The notes beneath the pieces are model-generated. The model was not told where the DNA came from, searched no databases, and worked only from the letters and a program-made list of their open reading frames with translations. 53,324 nucleotides of DNA, from positions 1-53,324 of the IMG/VR virus record IMGVR_UViG_3300035670_000280, one strand, 5' to 3'. The position numbers were made by a program, and so were the translations under genes. The stretch's first letter is position 1; the number at the start of each line of letters is the position of its first letter. The stretch comes from a virus (Duplodnaviria > Caudoviricetes). Shown here piece after piece: positions 1 through 7,762 of this stretch.

Positions 1-99
1 CACGTAGCAGCGTGGCAGTAAGCACCACGTAGCAGCGTGGCAGTAAGCACCACGTAGCAGCGTGGCAGTAAGCACCACGTAGCAGCGTGGCAGTAAGCA
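1..99. repeat. Tandem repeat, 25-bp unit CACGTAGCAGCGTGGCAGTAAGCAC x4 (may extend beyond the window edge)
   Basis: Identical units begin at 1, 26, 51 and 76; no spacers. Confidence 0.97.
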
Positions 100-197
100 A
101 AGAGAACAGCTGTATCACCGCCGGCCGTAGAGTGGGGCGGTTGTACTACAGGCGCCTAGCTACTGCTAATGCGACTCAGTCGCAATAGGCCTAGTTT

Positions 198-255
198 ACC
201 CGTACTATGGTGCACCCGTACTATGGTGCACCCGTACTATGGTGCACCCGTACTA
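198..255. repeat. Tandem repeat, 16-bp unit ACCCGTACTATGGTGC x3.6
   Basis: Units at 198, 214, 230; partial unit at 246. Confidence 0.95.
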
Positions 256-302
256 CACTAGGCGCCCCTTAGGGCTTATGCGTAGCGCATAGTGTGCGTA
301 GC

Positions 303-407
303 AGCCTATGAAAAAACCCCTTAAGAACCGGCCTAGTGCAAGTCCCTTAGGGGTTTGGGTTTATGTAAGTTTATGCTTAAAGAACCGACCTAGTGCAAGT
401 CCCTAAG
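303..407. repeat. Paired ~57-bp element, core AAGAACCG(G/A)CCTAGTGCAAGTCCCT(T/A)AG; a second pair lies at 2760-2864
   Basis: Cores at 323-350 and 380-407 align with 2782-2808 and 2838-2864. Confidence 0.85.
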
Positions 408-424
408 CCGTGGGGCTTAGCGGC

Positions 425-1012
425 TTAAACGGTCTCTAGAACTTCGCTTAGCGGCTTATCGGAATCATAGGTGGGGCCATCAATAACGGGCGGTAGGTCG
501 GCGTATTCGTGGCTGCCGTACATAGCTTGTTGCCACCTAGCGCTGCCTACGTTGGAGCTGCCCCAAAGCCCCTTAGCGATTATGCGGGCTAGTTCGTCTA
601 GTAGGTCGCGGTAAGGATCGCTACCTAGTTCTAGCTCGGCTGACATAGGCAGGCATGTATCCTTGCCGCCGTGAAAGCGGGCGAGGCGCCATACATAGTA
701 GGCGCGGGTTTCGTCGGGGCGCTTAGAGCGAAGGCTACGAGGTTTACGCCCCTTAGTGGCGCGTACCAGCTCACTAAGGTCGGGCGCGTGATACCAACCC
801 GCACCATCACAGCTAGAGCATTTAAGCCAACGTGAGGGAAAACGCTTATCCTCGGTGGTAAAGCCTTTGCTTAAGATGAATCCGTCGCCTTTGCAGCGGC
901 CGCATTCAAGGATCGCGGGAACGTGCTCGTTAAGCCCTAAGGGGAGTGGGCGCGGCGTAGGCGGCTCCGGCTTAACGGGTTGCGGGGGAAAAACCGTGTC
1001 GTAAGTGAGCAT
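425..1012 (-). CDS. Hypothetical protein with DnaJ-type CxxCxGxG zinc finger
   Basis: CGRCKGDG and CSSCDGAG motifs; 195-aa ORF. Confidence 0.7.
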   Translation of the reverse strand: MLTYDTVFPPQPVKPEPPTPRPLPLGLNEHVPAILECGRCKGDGFILSKGFTTEDKRFPSRWLKCSSCDGAGWYHAPDLSELVRATKGRKPRSLRSKRPDETRAYYVWRLARFHGGKDTCLPMSAELELGSDPYRDLLDELARIIAKGLWGSSNVGSARWQQAMYGSHEYADLPPVIDGPTYDSDKPLSEVLETV

Positions 1013-1056
1013 TAGCTTCGTGGGGTAATTGGTGAATAGTAAGGTAGGCTTAGGGC

Positions 1057-1188
1057 TTAGCGGTGCGGCTTAGTGCTAGTGCCGATGGGCTTAGCGTCAC
1101 GAACTTTAATGTAGAGCCTATAAAGAGAGTCGAACGTAGGGCTCCCTAGTGTATGGGTAGCGAGCTGCGCTGCGATTAAGTCTGCCAT
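1057..1188 (-). CDS. Small hypothetical protein (43 aa, MADLIAAQ...)
   Basis: Hand-translated; fills the gap between two co-oriented genes. Confidence 0.35.
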   Translation of the reverse strand: MADLIAAQLATHTLGSPTFDSLYRLYIKVRDAKPIGTSTKPHR

Positions 1189-1235
1189 AAGTTGCTGTTC
1201 TTCTGTTGTTAGGTTTGGGCGGTGATAAGTAGCCA

Positions 1236-1709
1236 TTAAGCAGCTTCCTCTGGCTTAGCTTCCTGCTTAGCCTCGCTTTGCTGCTTAGCGTGGCTGAGCG
1301 CAAAATTACGAACGGCGGTGCAATCGAGTGATTCTGCCCAGCCTTCCCATAGGTCTTCTGCTTCATAGTTCCAGCGTACGTTAATACCCTCTTCGATGAG
1401 GCAATACAGACCGGCGGCGAACGGGCCTGATGGCCAGTCACCATCAGCGGAGCCAAAGATTGCGACTAAGGTGGCGATTGCAGCATCATGGTGGAAGTAA
1501 GCCAGCTCGCTGAGATCGCTTGTGTAGATCGGCACGGCGCTATCTATAAGCGAACTTACATCGCCGTTGTAGTCAAGATCATTATGTAGGCAGGGCAGAT
1601 CGCCGCCGTTAGCTACGAAGTATTCGCGCAAAAGGTCGGTTACATCCTGCCAGGCGGATTCGATGATCTCGGGCAAACGGTCGGTAAGCTGAACGGTAGA
1701 GGCGGACAT
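1236..1709 (-). CDS. Ocr-like (T7 gp0.3-like) acidic DNA-mimic anti-restriction protein
   Basis: IDSAVPIYTSDL resembles T7 Ocr ADNAVPHYYADI; EAEDLWEGWAE resembles DAEDLLNEYLE; strongly acidic. Confidence 0.65.
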   Translation of the reverse strand: MSASTVQLTDRLPEIIESAWQDVTDLLREYFVANGGDLPCLHNDLDYNGDVSSLIDSAVPIYTSDLSELAYFHHDAAIATLVAIFGSADGDWPSGPFAAGLYCLIEEGINVRWNYEAEDLWEGWAESLDCTAVRNFALSHAKQQSEAKQEAKPEEAA

Positions 1710-1768
1710 CGGTTTAGTAAGTGGAAGGGTAAGAGGGTGGGGGCTTAGTGGTTCGGCAGCGGGGTTAA

Positions 1769-2293
1769 CTAAAACCCGATTGTGTGGGCGTAGGGTTCTT
1801 CCTGCCCTGTAACTATTGCTGCAGCGGTCTGCATAGAGCGGATGCGATTATCTAGGGCGGCGGGAATGTAGGCGCAAGCTTGACGGCTTAGCTGGCGGAT
1901 TACGTCTAGGAAGTGGTCGTAGGATTCGCGCTCGGTTGTTGCGTTTGTGCCGTCTAAGCAGCAGGCCCATAGGGATTCGTGGCTTAGTAGAACACCGCTG
2001 CAGGCAACCTCCACCATCAGGCCTAGGTGCCAAAGGTTGGCGGAATCTTGCGCGGCGAATAGGCCGGGAGAATCCTCGCGGGTTGTCCAGTCGCTAAGCG
2101 AGGCATCATGATCGGTGGCGGCACGGGCCAGCAAGCTAAGCGGGCCAGCGGTGGCGATTGTCCAGTAGCGATCCCGCTCGTCTAGGGGCAGGAGATCGCG
2201 GACGGTCTGCCAGGTAAGGCGATCCAACGCAAAGGTGAAGAGGTCGGCAGGCTCCGTAGGGAGAGGGGCGCACACGCGGATCAGTTCAGGCAT
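1769..2293 (-). CDS. Hypothetical protein
   Basis: 174-aa ORF co-oriented with its neighbours. Confidence 0.6.
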   Translation of the reverse strand: MPELIRVCAPLPTEPADLFTFALDRLTWQTVRDLLPLDERDRYWTIATAGPLSLLARAATDHDASLSDWTTREDSPGLFAAQDSANLWHLGLMVEVACSGVLLSHESLWACCLDGTNATTERESYDHFLDVIRQLSRQACAYIPAALDNRIRSMQTAAAIVTGQEEPYAHTIGF

Positions 2294-2523
2294 AAGGCAA
2301 CGGTGCTAAGGGGCAGCGGGGGCTTAGCCCGCTTGCACCGAACAATAGGCCCTAGGTGGGCAGCGGGGAATAGGTCGCGGCTTAGGCGTTAGCAAACCGT
2401 AACAATCGCAATAAGCCGCGCTGCAGCTGCGTTTATTGATTCGCAATAGGGGGCGGTGTTGATTCGCAATAGGCGGTGCGGGGGCCTGGCTGTTGATTCT
2501 CAGTAGACTGGCGGTGTTGCGAA

Positions 2524-2638
2524 GCAATAGGCGGCGTAGCTGAGTCGCAATAGGCGGCGTAGCTGAGTCGCAATAGGCGGCGTAGCTGAGTCGCAATAGG
2601 CGGCGTAGCTGAGTCGCAATAGGCGGCGTAGCTGAGAC
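2524..2638. repeat. Tandem repeat, 23-bp unit GCAATAGGCGGCGTAGCTGAGTC x5
   Basis: Units at 2524, 2547, 2570, 2593, 2616; degenerate TCGCAATA copies at 2400-2475. Confidence 0.97.
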
Positions 2639-2698
2639 GCAGGTGAGACGCAGGTGAGACGCAGGTGAGACGCAGGTGAGACGCAGGTGAGACGCAAG
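2633..2698. repeat. Tandem repeat, 11-bp unit TGAGACGCAGG x6
   Basis: Directly abuts the 23-bp array. Confidence 0.97.
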
Positions 2699-2759
2699 AG
2701 CGCCTAGTGAGACGCGCAGCGCAGCACCTAGCACGTAAACAAGCACCTATAAGCCGCGC

Positions 2760-2864
2760 AGCTTATGTGAAAAAACGCCTAAAGAACCGTATGTGTGCAA
2801 GTCCTAAGACTGCGCGGCTTATGCGAAAAAGCCGTATAAAAACCGGCCTAGCCCAAGTCCTAAG
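2760..2864. repeat. Paired ~56-bp element, matching 303-407
   Basis: GCTTATG-A-tract-AA(G/A)AACCG...CAAGTCCTAAG occurs twice. Confidence 0.85.
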
Positions 2865-2924
2865 TTTCTGCGCTAAGCAGCCTGGGACGAGATAACTTAA
2901 AACATTTTAACTTAGCTACTCAGG

Positions 2925-3185
2925 CTAAGTTCCACCAAGACTTAGCGGCCTAGACATAACGCACACGTGCCTGTCGCGGTAGTAACTTACCCAGTCGGCA
3001 CGGCAGAGGTCAGCAAGGGATTTTGTGGGGAAGCTGTATTCGGACCAAGGTTGCGTGGGGGTGGCGGGGTATTGGATTTTGAAGTGGAAGCCGGATGAGG
3101 AGGGGCGGACGCGGGTGATGATGGCGCAGCCTGGGTTAAGGGCGACGGCGGCGGCGGAACTGCAACGTGGAGGCGTGAGACTCAT
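2925..3185 (-). CDS. Hypothetical protein
   Basis: Likely start MSLTPPR at 3185, just after the upstream stop. Confidence 0.5.
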   Translation of the reverse strand: MSLTPPRCSSAAAVALNPGCAIITRVRPSSSGFHFKIQYPATPTQPWSEYSFPTKSLADLCRADWVSYYRDRHVCVMSRPLSLGGT

Positions 3186-3193
3186 GAGACTCA
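3176..3193. promoter_or_regulatory. TGAGACTCATGAGACTCA site; exact reverse complement at 3739-3756
   Basis: 18-bp sequence made of two TGAGnCTCA palindromes; regulatory role is inferred. Confidence 0.45.
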
Positions 3194-3373
3194 GTTTGCG
3201 GAGACAGGGCCGCTTAGCCACTCGATGGCAGACCAGTTAGCTAGGAAGGCTGCAGCGGCTTCCTGTTTAGCTTCGGTGAAGCTGACAGCGTGGATGCAGT
3301 GGACTGTGTTGGTTGCTTTAATTTGAAACCAGTAGCGCTGAAGTGAAGCAACAGGCGGATTAGATGCTGACAT
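3191..3373 (-). CDS. Small hypothetical protein
   Basis: 60-aa ORF in a run of minus-strand genes. Confidence 0.6.
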   Translation of the reverse strand: MSASNPPVASLQRYWFQIKATNTVHCIHAVSFTEAKQEAAAAFLANWSAIEWLSGPVSAN

Positions 3374-3387
3374 AGGTAAGGGGCAGC

Positions 3388-3522
3388 TTAGCGCTTAGCG
3401 GGGCGGACGAGGGGTTGGGTGCCGCTATGAGTTGGCTGAGACTGCAGGCCGAGGTCGCTTACGAGGACGGCGAAGAAGCTGGATGTAAGCAGGGTGCAGA
3501 AGATGTTGGTGAGGGTTTGCAT
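3388..3522 (-). CDS. Small putative membrane protein (44 aa, MQTLTNIFCTLL...PTHSGTQ)
   Basis: Hand-translated; hydrophobic N-terminus; fills the gap. Confidence 0.55.
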   Translation of the reverse strand: MQTLTNIFCTLLTSSFFAVLVSDLGLQSQPTHSGTQPLVRPAKR

Positions 3523-3529
3523 GGGTGAT

Positions 3530-3748
3530 TTAGAGGTGAATGTCGAGGCTTACCAGGTAGCGGTGTTGTTTGGTGGAGTAGCTGGAGATGTCGAGGGAGG
3601 ATACGTTTACGGCATTGATGCGCAAGGACGTGGAATCGCTGAAAGCTTCGAGCAGCTGCTCAATGTCGGAGGCGAGCTGGAATTTGGCGGCGCGTAGATC
3701 GTCGAGGTCCATAAGGGGTAGGGTAAGCGGACTGGGGATGAGTCTCAT
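3530..3748 (-). CDS. Small hypothetical protein (start may be 3712)
   Basis: ORF MDLDDLRAAK...LDIHL. Confidence 0.55.
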   Translation of the reverse strand: MRLIPSPLTLPLMDLDDLRAAKFQLASDIEQLLEAFSDSTSLRINAVNVSSLDISSYSTKQHRYLVSLDIHL

Positions 3749-3809
3749 GAGTCTCAGCCCCTAGGTGGCCACGCAACTTGATGGCGTGGCAGCTTAGCAG
3801 CGCCGCAGC

Positions 3810-4571
3810 CTAGGGCTTCAAACTTATGGCCCAGCGGGGGGCACGGGAATTGGAGCCGAGGTCTTGTTGTCTGGCGAGGGAGTTGAGTTTGACGGTTAGG
3901 CCGTCGCAGGGGAAGGGGAGCGTGTCGCGGCTGAGGCAGAAGGCGGCGAAGGTGGTGAGTACGTCGTCGGGGGTCTCGCAGAGGAGGCCATCAAGGACGG
4001 CGAAGCCGGCGCACTTGAGCCACTGCAGAGCGTCGAGCTGAGTGGCGATGGAGTCCACACCGCTTAGCTCGAAGGCGAGCATGGTGAGTTTGAGGGGGTC
4101 GTGCAGACCTTTGCGGCGCAGGGCGGCGGCGCAGGCGTTACGGGTGGGGTGCTTGGTGGTGTCGTCCGGTTGGAGCTGGGCGAGGGCCATGGCCTCGCAT
4201 CGGATTTCGATGCGACCCGAGCTTACGCCGGGGAGGTCGAGGATGATGCCGGAGCGCAGGGCGGCGTCGGTGCAGTCGCGCCCGCTGCGCAGGTGGGCGT
4301 GGCTGAAGCGTCCGTCGAGGTAGACAAGGTTGACGCTCACGCCGTCTGCTTTGAGCTGGATGGCGTAGGGGCCGGGGTTGCTATCGAGCCAGTCGGTGGG
4401 GTCTGGGGGGCAGTCGAGGCTGAGCAGTGTGGTGAGTGGGGGCAGGGCGTTAGGGGCTAAGCGGGTGAGGGCGTCGAAGGCTTTGTCGGACATAAGGGGT
4501 AGGCCTGCGCGGTAGGCGGCGTCGGCTAGGCGGATAAGGGGTGTAAGCATTGGTGCTAAGGGATGTGACAC
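3810..4571 (-). CDS. ligA: Stand-alone NAD+-dependent DNA ligase adenylation domain (no OB, Zn-finger, HhH or BRCT domain)
   Basis: Ia-like YRAGLPLMSDKAFD, motif I KADG, EIRCE, TRNACAAALR, DGLTVK, terminal APRWAISLKP. Confidence 0.85.
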   Translation of the reverse strand: MSHPLAPMLTPLIRLADAAYRAGLPLMSDKAFDALTRLAPNALPPLTTLLSLDCPPDPTDWLDSNPGPYAIQLKADGVSVNLVYLDGRFSHAHLRSGRDCTDAALRSGIILDLPGVSSGRIEIRCEAMALAQLQPDDTTKHPTRNACAAALRRKGLHDPLKLTMLAFELSGVDSIATQLDALQWLKCAGFAVLDGLLCETPDDVLTTFAAFCLSRDTLPFPCDGLTVKLNSLARQQDLGSNSRAPRWAISLKP

Positions 4572-4658
4572 GGTGCAGTGTAGCAGGTTGCTTAAGCGGG
4601 GGTGTAAGGGGTGTAAGAAAAATTTGCGTAAGGCTAGGTGGTGTGATTGCTACGCAGC

Positions 4659-5351
4659 TTAGCGTAGCGCTTTGGCCAGTTCTTCGCCTAGCAGCTTAGG
4701 GAGGCGTTGTTGGGCGAGGCGCTGGCTGATGCCGTAGAAGTCGAAGGGAGTGCTGACCTGTGGGGGGCGGTCGAGCAGGGCGAATAGGAGGTAGGCGGAG
4801 CGGCCACGGCGCTTGTAGATGCCTGGGGATAGGAGGCCGCCTGGGGAGCCGTTGGGGAGGGCAAAGATGTTAGAACCCTTGGTTTGCAGGCCCCTTAGGG
4901 TTTCTTGGTATTGGCTAGGGAGCATGTTGCCGTAGCTGTTGCGGCGAACCTCGCGGCCCTGGGCGTAGGCGACAGGGAATTTGTTGGTGATGCCCGCTTT
5001 GCTTAGGCCTCTGCCGAAGCGGGTGGTATAGGCGGTGTTATCGGCGCTACCGCGATCAGCAGGGTAGATGTAGGAGGCGGGGGAGTTGCCCTTAGAGCCT
5101 TCGGGATTGATAAATAGGCGTAAAGCTAGGCTGCTGTTCTCTTCAATAATGTTTCTATCATAACGTGGTGAACTAAGCGTAAAGCTTACGGGGTTCTCAA
5201 AGCGGCCTGCCATCTGGAGGCCCAGGTGCTGTTGGGCCTCAAAACCGAAGCGCTGCAAGGACCGCTTAGCGGCGTATTTGATCTGTGTGCCTTCTAGCGC
5301 GTTCAGCCTACGGAAGATGCGCTCAACGTCGAATTCGATTGTGCGAGCCAT
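4659..5351 (-). CDS. Putative tail-completion/neck protein (lambda gpZ / HK97 gp10-like)
   Basis: Basic helical protein with ends typical of the family (FDFYG...ELAKALR); no gpZ-like gene seen in the morphogenesis cluster. Confidence 0.5.
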   Translation of the reverse strand: MARTIEFDVERIFRRLNALEGTQIKYAAKRSLQRFGFEAQQHLGLQMAGRFENPVSFTLSSPRYDRNIIEENSSLALRLFINPEGSKGNSPASYIYPADRGSADNTAYTTRFGRGLSKAGITNKFPVAYAQGREVRRNSYGNMLPSQYQETLRGLQTKGSNIFALPNGSPGGLLSPGIYKRRGRSAYLLFALLDRPPQVSTPFDFYGISQRLAQQRLPKLLGEELAKALR

Positions 5352-5387
5352 AAGCTGCGCTGCCGCGAGGCCCTGGGTACCTAGAGG

Positions 5388-5564
5388 CTAGGAGGCGTGA
5401 GTGTCAAGGGCGGGGGCTAGGGCGTAGCAGGTGCCATCACTGTTGCGTAAGGAGGCGACGTGGGTGTAGCCGGTGTCCCGAGTGAGCCAGCGGAGACACA
5501 CTGCGCGATTGGGGCATTGGTCATCGTGACAGCGGCAGATGTCGTTGAGGAGGCGAGGAGTCAT
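5388..5564 (-). CDS. Small Cys-rich protein (58 aa, DICRC...CPNRAVCLRW)
   Basis: Hand-translated; ATGA overlap with the exonuclease stop. Confidence 0.65.
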   Translation of the reverse strand: MTPRLLNDICRCHDDQCPNRAVCLRWLTRDTGYTHVASLRNSDGTCYALAPALDTHAS

Positions 5565-6430
5565 GGAGTAGTAGGTGCGGTAAGGGTTTGGTGCAGCGCG
5601 TCGAAATACTTGTTGCAGCGCTCTAGGTAACGCGATTCGGCACCGCGTACCTCCAACGCGCTTAGTTCGCGCACGTCCGGCTTACCGGCGCGGCGTGCTA
5701 CGACAATTAGGCCGCCGATTGCTTGAATGCCGGTGAGGTGGCGTAGGCCGAGGCTGTATGCGCCGATTTGATCGGTGTAATCGGTAAGGAGTTCTTCGGA
5801 ACGTTTGTTGAAGGATGTTTTCCAGTCTGCTACGAAGGGTCCCTTGCCTCTGTAGTCGATAAGAGCGTCGCAGGTTCCGGCGAAGCCTGCAGGATGATGC
5901 ACGCTAAACTCAATGGCGTGGATTGCGGTTACGTTTTCGCTTATCCAGCCGAGTAAGCCGCGTCGGTAACCAGATGCGCTAAGTCCGACTTTGGGGACGC
6001 TTGGAAGCACTTGGGTAAGCGCCCACTTAGTGAGTGGAGCGGGGGCGCGGCCTAGGCCGTCAGGTTTGACGTACCAGGAGTTGCGCTTCTTAGCGGTTGA
6101 GTCGGCCATGCGCTTGGCGGTGCGCAGCAGGTACTCGGCGCAGTTGTGTGTGAGGGTGCCGCGCTGTGCTGCGGTGTCGCGTTCTTGGGCGGCACGTTCT
6201 TCGCCTAGGCGGGCGGCCCATGCCTCTATCACAGCTTTGCTAAGGCTCGTATCTTTAAGGATGCGCGTAACGCTATGGTAAATTTCGCCCTGCTTATCGT
6301 GGTAGATGCGGCCACCCGGATCGCTTACATCGTCGCGCTCCAGCTGCCACTTGGCGAGGTGCTGCAGTGCTTCCTGCGGGTCTGTAAGGGGCACTGCATA
6401 ACGAATCAACTTATGTGAGTATAAGCACAA
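5561..6430 (-). CDS. PD-(D/E)XK exonuclease (start probably GTG at 6394)
   Basis: SVTRIL, RGTLTH, FAGTCDAL, DWKTS, QIGAY motifs. Confidence 0.85.
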   Translation of the reverse strand: MCLYSHKLIRYAVPLTDPQEALQHLAKWQLERDDVSDPGGRIYHDKQGEIYHSVTRILKDTSLSKAVIEAWAARLGEERAAQERDTAAQRGTLTHNCAEYLLRTAKRMADSTAKKRNSWYVKPDGLGRAPAPLTKWALTQVLPSVPKVGLSASGYRRGLLGWISENVTAIHAIEFSVHHPAGFAGTCDALIDYRGKGPFVADWKTSFNKRSEELLTDYTDQIGAYSLGLRHLTGIQAIGGLIVVARRAGKPDVRELSALEVRGAESRYLERCNKYFDALHQTLTAPTTP

Positions 6431-6462
6431 AAAAGGGATAAGTGCAATAAAGCACTTACCCC
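6429..6462 (-). terminator. Rho-independent terminator downstream of the SSB-like gene
   Basis: Stem GGGGTAAGTGC/GCACTTATCCC followed by a T run on the minus strand; TATACT (-10-like) follows at 6418-6423. Confidence 0.7.
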
Positions 6463-6551
6463 CTAAGCGTACTTCATGCCTAGGAAAACCTAGGCTGTAA
6501 ATCTGAGCGCTAAGCGGTTTGTATTGAAACGCCTACCTAGCGCTTAGGGGC

Positions 6552-7133
6552 TCAGTTGGTGTCGGCCTTGAAGGGGTCGCCGCCTTCGAGGAGGCGGTTG
6601 ATGTCGAAGCCGGCGGAGCGGGATTCCTCCCAGGCTTCGGCAATGGCCTTGTCGGCGCCCTTTTTGCGGGGGACGGGGGTGAGCTTGTATTCGGTGTTGA
6701 GGCCGCTGCCCTCCTTACCGAGCAGGAAGTCGATGGCCAGGATGTCGGAGTAGTCCTCCATCTGACTTACCGCGTCGAGTTCGCGGATGATCGACTTTTG
6801 GCTGAGCTGCAGGACTTGGACCTGGGCCGCCTCGAAGTTGTAGACGGGGAGGGCGAGGCAGAACTTGGTGGGTTCGACGCTGGTGCCCTCGCGGTTCATG
6901 CGGCGCTTGTAGTCACCGAATGCCAGCGCGATCTCGTCGGGGCTGGGCTCGGAGTCAAAGCGGAAGGGTTTGGCCTTGCCGTCGGGGCCTTCGCCCCAGC
7001 ACTCGTAGAACTCAAGGGGTTCTTCGGTGAGCAGGCAGAAGCGGACAGAGGAGCCGGCAGCGATTTTGCCGGGGTTCAGGTAGGCGCCACCGCCAGCGAC
7101 GGCGGCTTGAGCGTTCTTGGAAAGGAGTCCCAT
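6552..7133 (-). CDS. Putative single-stranded DNA-binding/annealing protein
   Basis: GGGAYLNPGKI N-terminus, acidic GGDPF C-terminus; lies between exonuclease and primase. Confidence 0.55.
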   Translation of the reverse strand: MGLLSKNAQAAVAGGGAYLNPGKIAAGSSVRFCLLTEEPLEFYECWGEGPDGKAKPFRFDSEPSPDEIALAFGDYKRRMNREGTSVEPTKFCLALPVYNFEAAQVQVLQLSQKSIIRELDAVSQMEDYSDILAIDFLLGKEGSGLNTEYKLTPVPRKKGADKAIAEAWEESRSAGFDINRLLEGGDPFKADTN

Positions 7134-7208
7134 AGGTGGTTGTGGGGTGTGGGTGCAGATGGCGGTGCCTTAGTGGCGGTGCCTGAGCGAGGTGCTGGCT
7201 GCCTAAGA

Positions 7209-7237
7209 AGCGTAGGCGAGCAAGGGGGAGCGGTCAA
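7209..7237 (-). promoter_or_regulatory. Sigma70-type promoter TTGACC-N17-TACGCT
   Basis: Near-consensus hexamers at 17-bp spacing upstream of 7133. Confidence 0.6.
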
Positions 7238-7299
7238 TAGGCAGCGCAAACCTTGGGGTTGGACTTACGTGACACGTTTTGAGACTTAGGGGCAGAAGC

Positions 7300-7584
7300 G
7301 TGAACCCGTGACTAACCCGTGAGTGGGGTTTTCACGGGTTTGGCGAACACAAGAACCTAGGCAGGAGAAGGGGTTTAGAGAGAAAAGAGAGTAAACCCGT
7401 GAACCCGTGAAGGTTTTTCCCGTAGCTCATCTGTCAGTCTCATCAGTCTCCCGCTCACCTGTCGATTTTTTTCCTTCCTACCCGTTCACGCGTCGCGGGT
7501 TCACGGGTTGCCTCACTCCCCTTGCGCTGCAGTCGATTTGCCTACTCACGGGTTGCCCTACCGACCCGTGACTTTTCACGGGTT
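7300..7584. promoter_or_regulatory. Putative replication origin with AACCCGTGA iterons in both orientations
   Basis: About 9 copies of (A)ACCCGTGA/TCACGGGTT around a purine-rich tract, downstream of the primase-helicase. Confidence 0.6.
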
Positions 7585-7603
7585 GACAGCGCCGCTTTTT
7601 TGC

Positions 7604-7724
7604 TGCTAAGCTGCCGCGTGGCAGCTCGACACGAGCGCACGGGCTGACCTGCCAAACCGCCTGTCTCAGTTGAGACACATGAGACGGCCGCGATATGGCT
7701 GTGCTAAGCTGCCGCGTGGCAGCT
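7604..7724. repeat. 23-bp direct repeat TGCTAAGCTGCCGCGTGGCAGCT x2 (near-palindromic)
   Basis: Copies at 7604-7626 and 7702-7724; partial inverted copy at 3784-3799. Confidence 0.85.
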
Positions 7725-7762
7725 GAGCGACACCGCAGCCAAGCCACCACGCAACAAAGCCC

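Noticed and set aside
2324-2746. ORFs across the 23-bp and 11-bp arrays (also 2500-2697 and 7666-7878)
   Set aside because: Their translations only mirror the DNA repeats. Units of 23 and 11 bp are not multiples of 3, and the 24-bp array has a 1-bp deletion.
3700-3812. TAG recoding or readthrough extending the ligase domain
   Set aside because: Sequence past the TAG does not resemble an OB fold, and core genes are intact under the standard code.
5561-6430. Cas4 as part of a CRISPR system
   Set aside because: The Cas4 cysteine cluster is not evident; context indicates an ordinary phage exonuclease.
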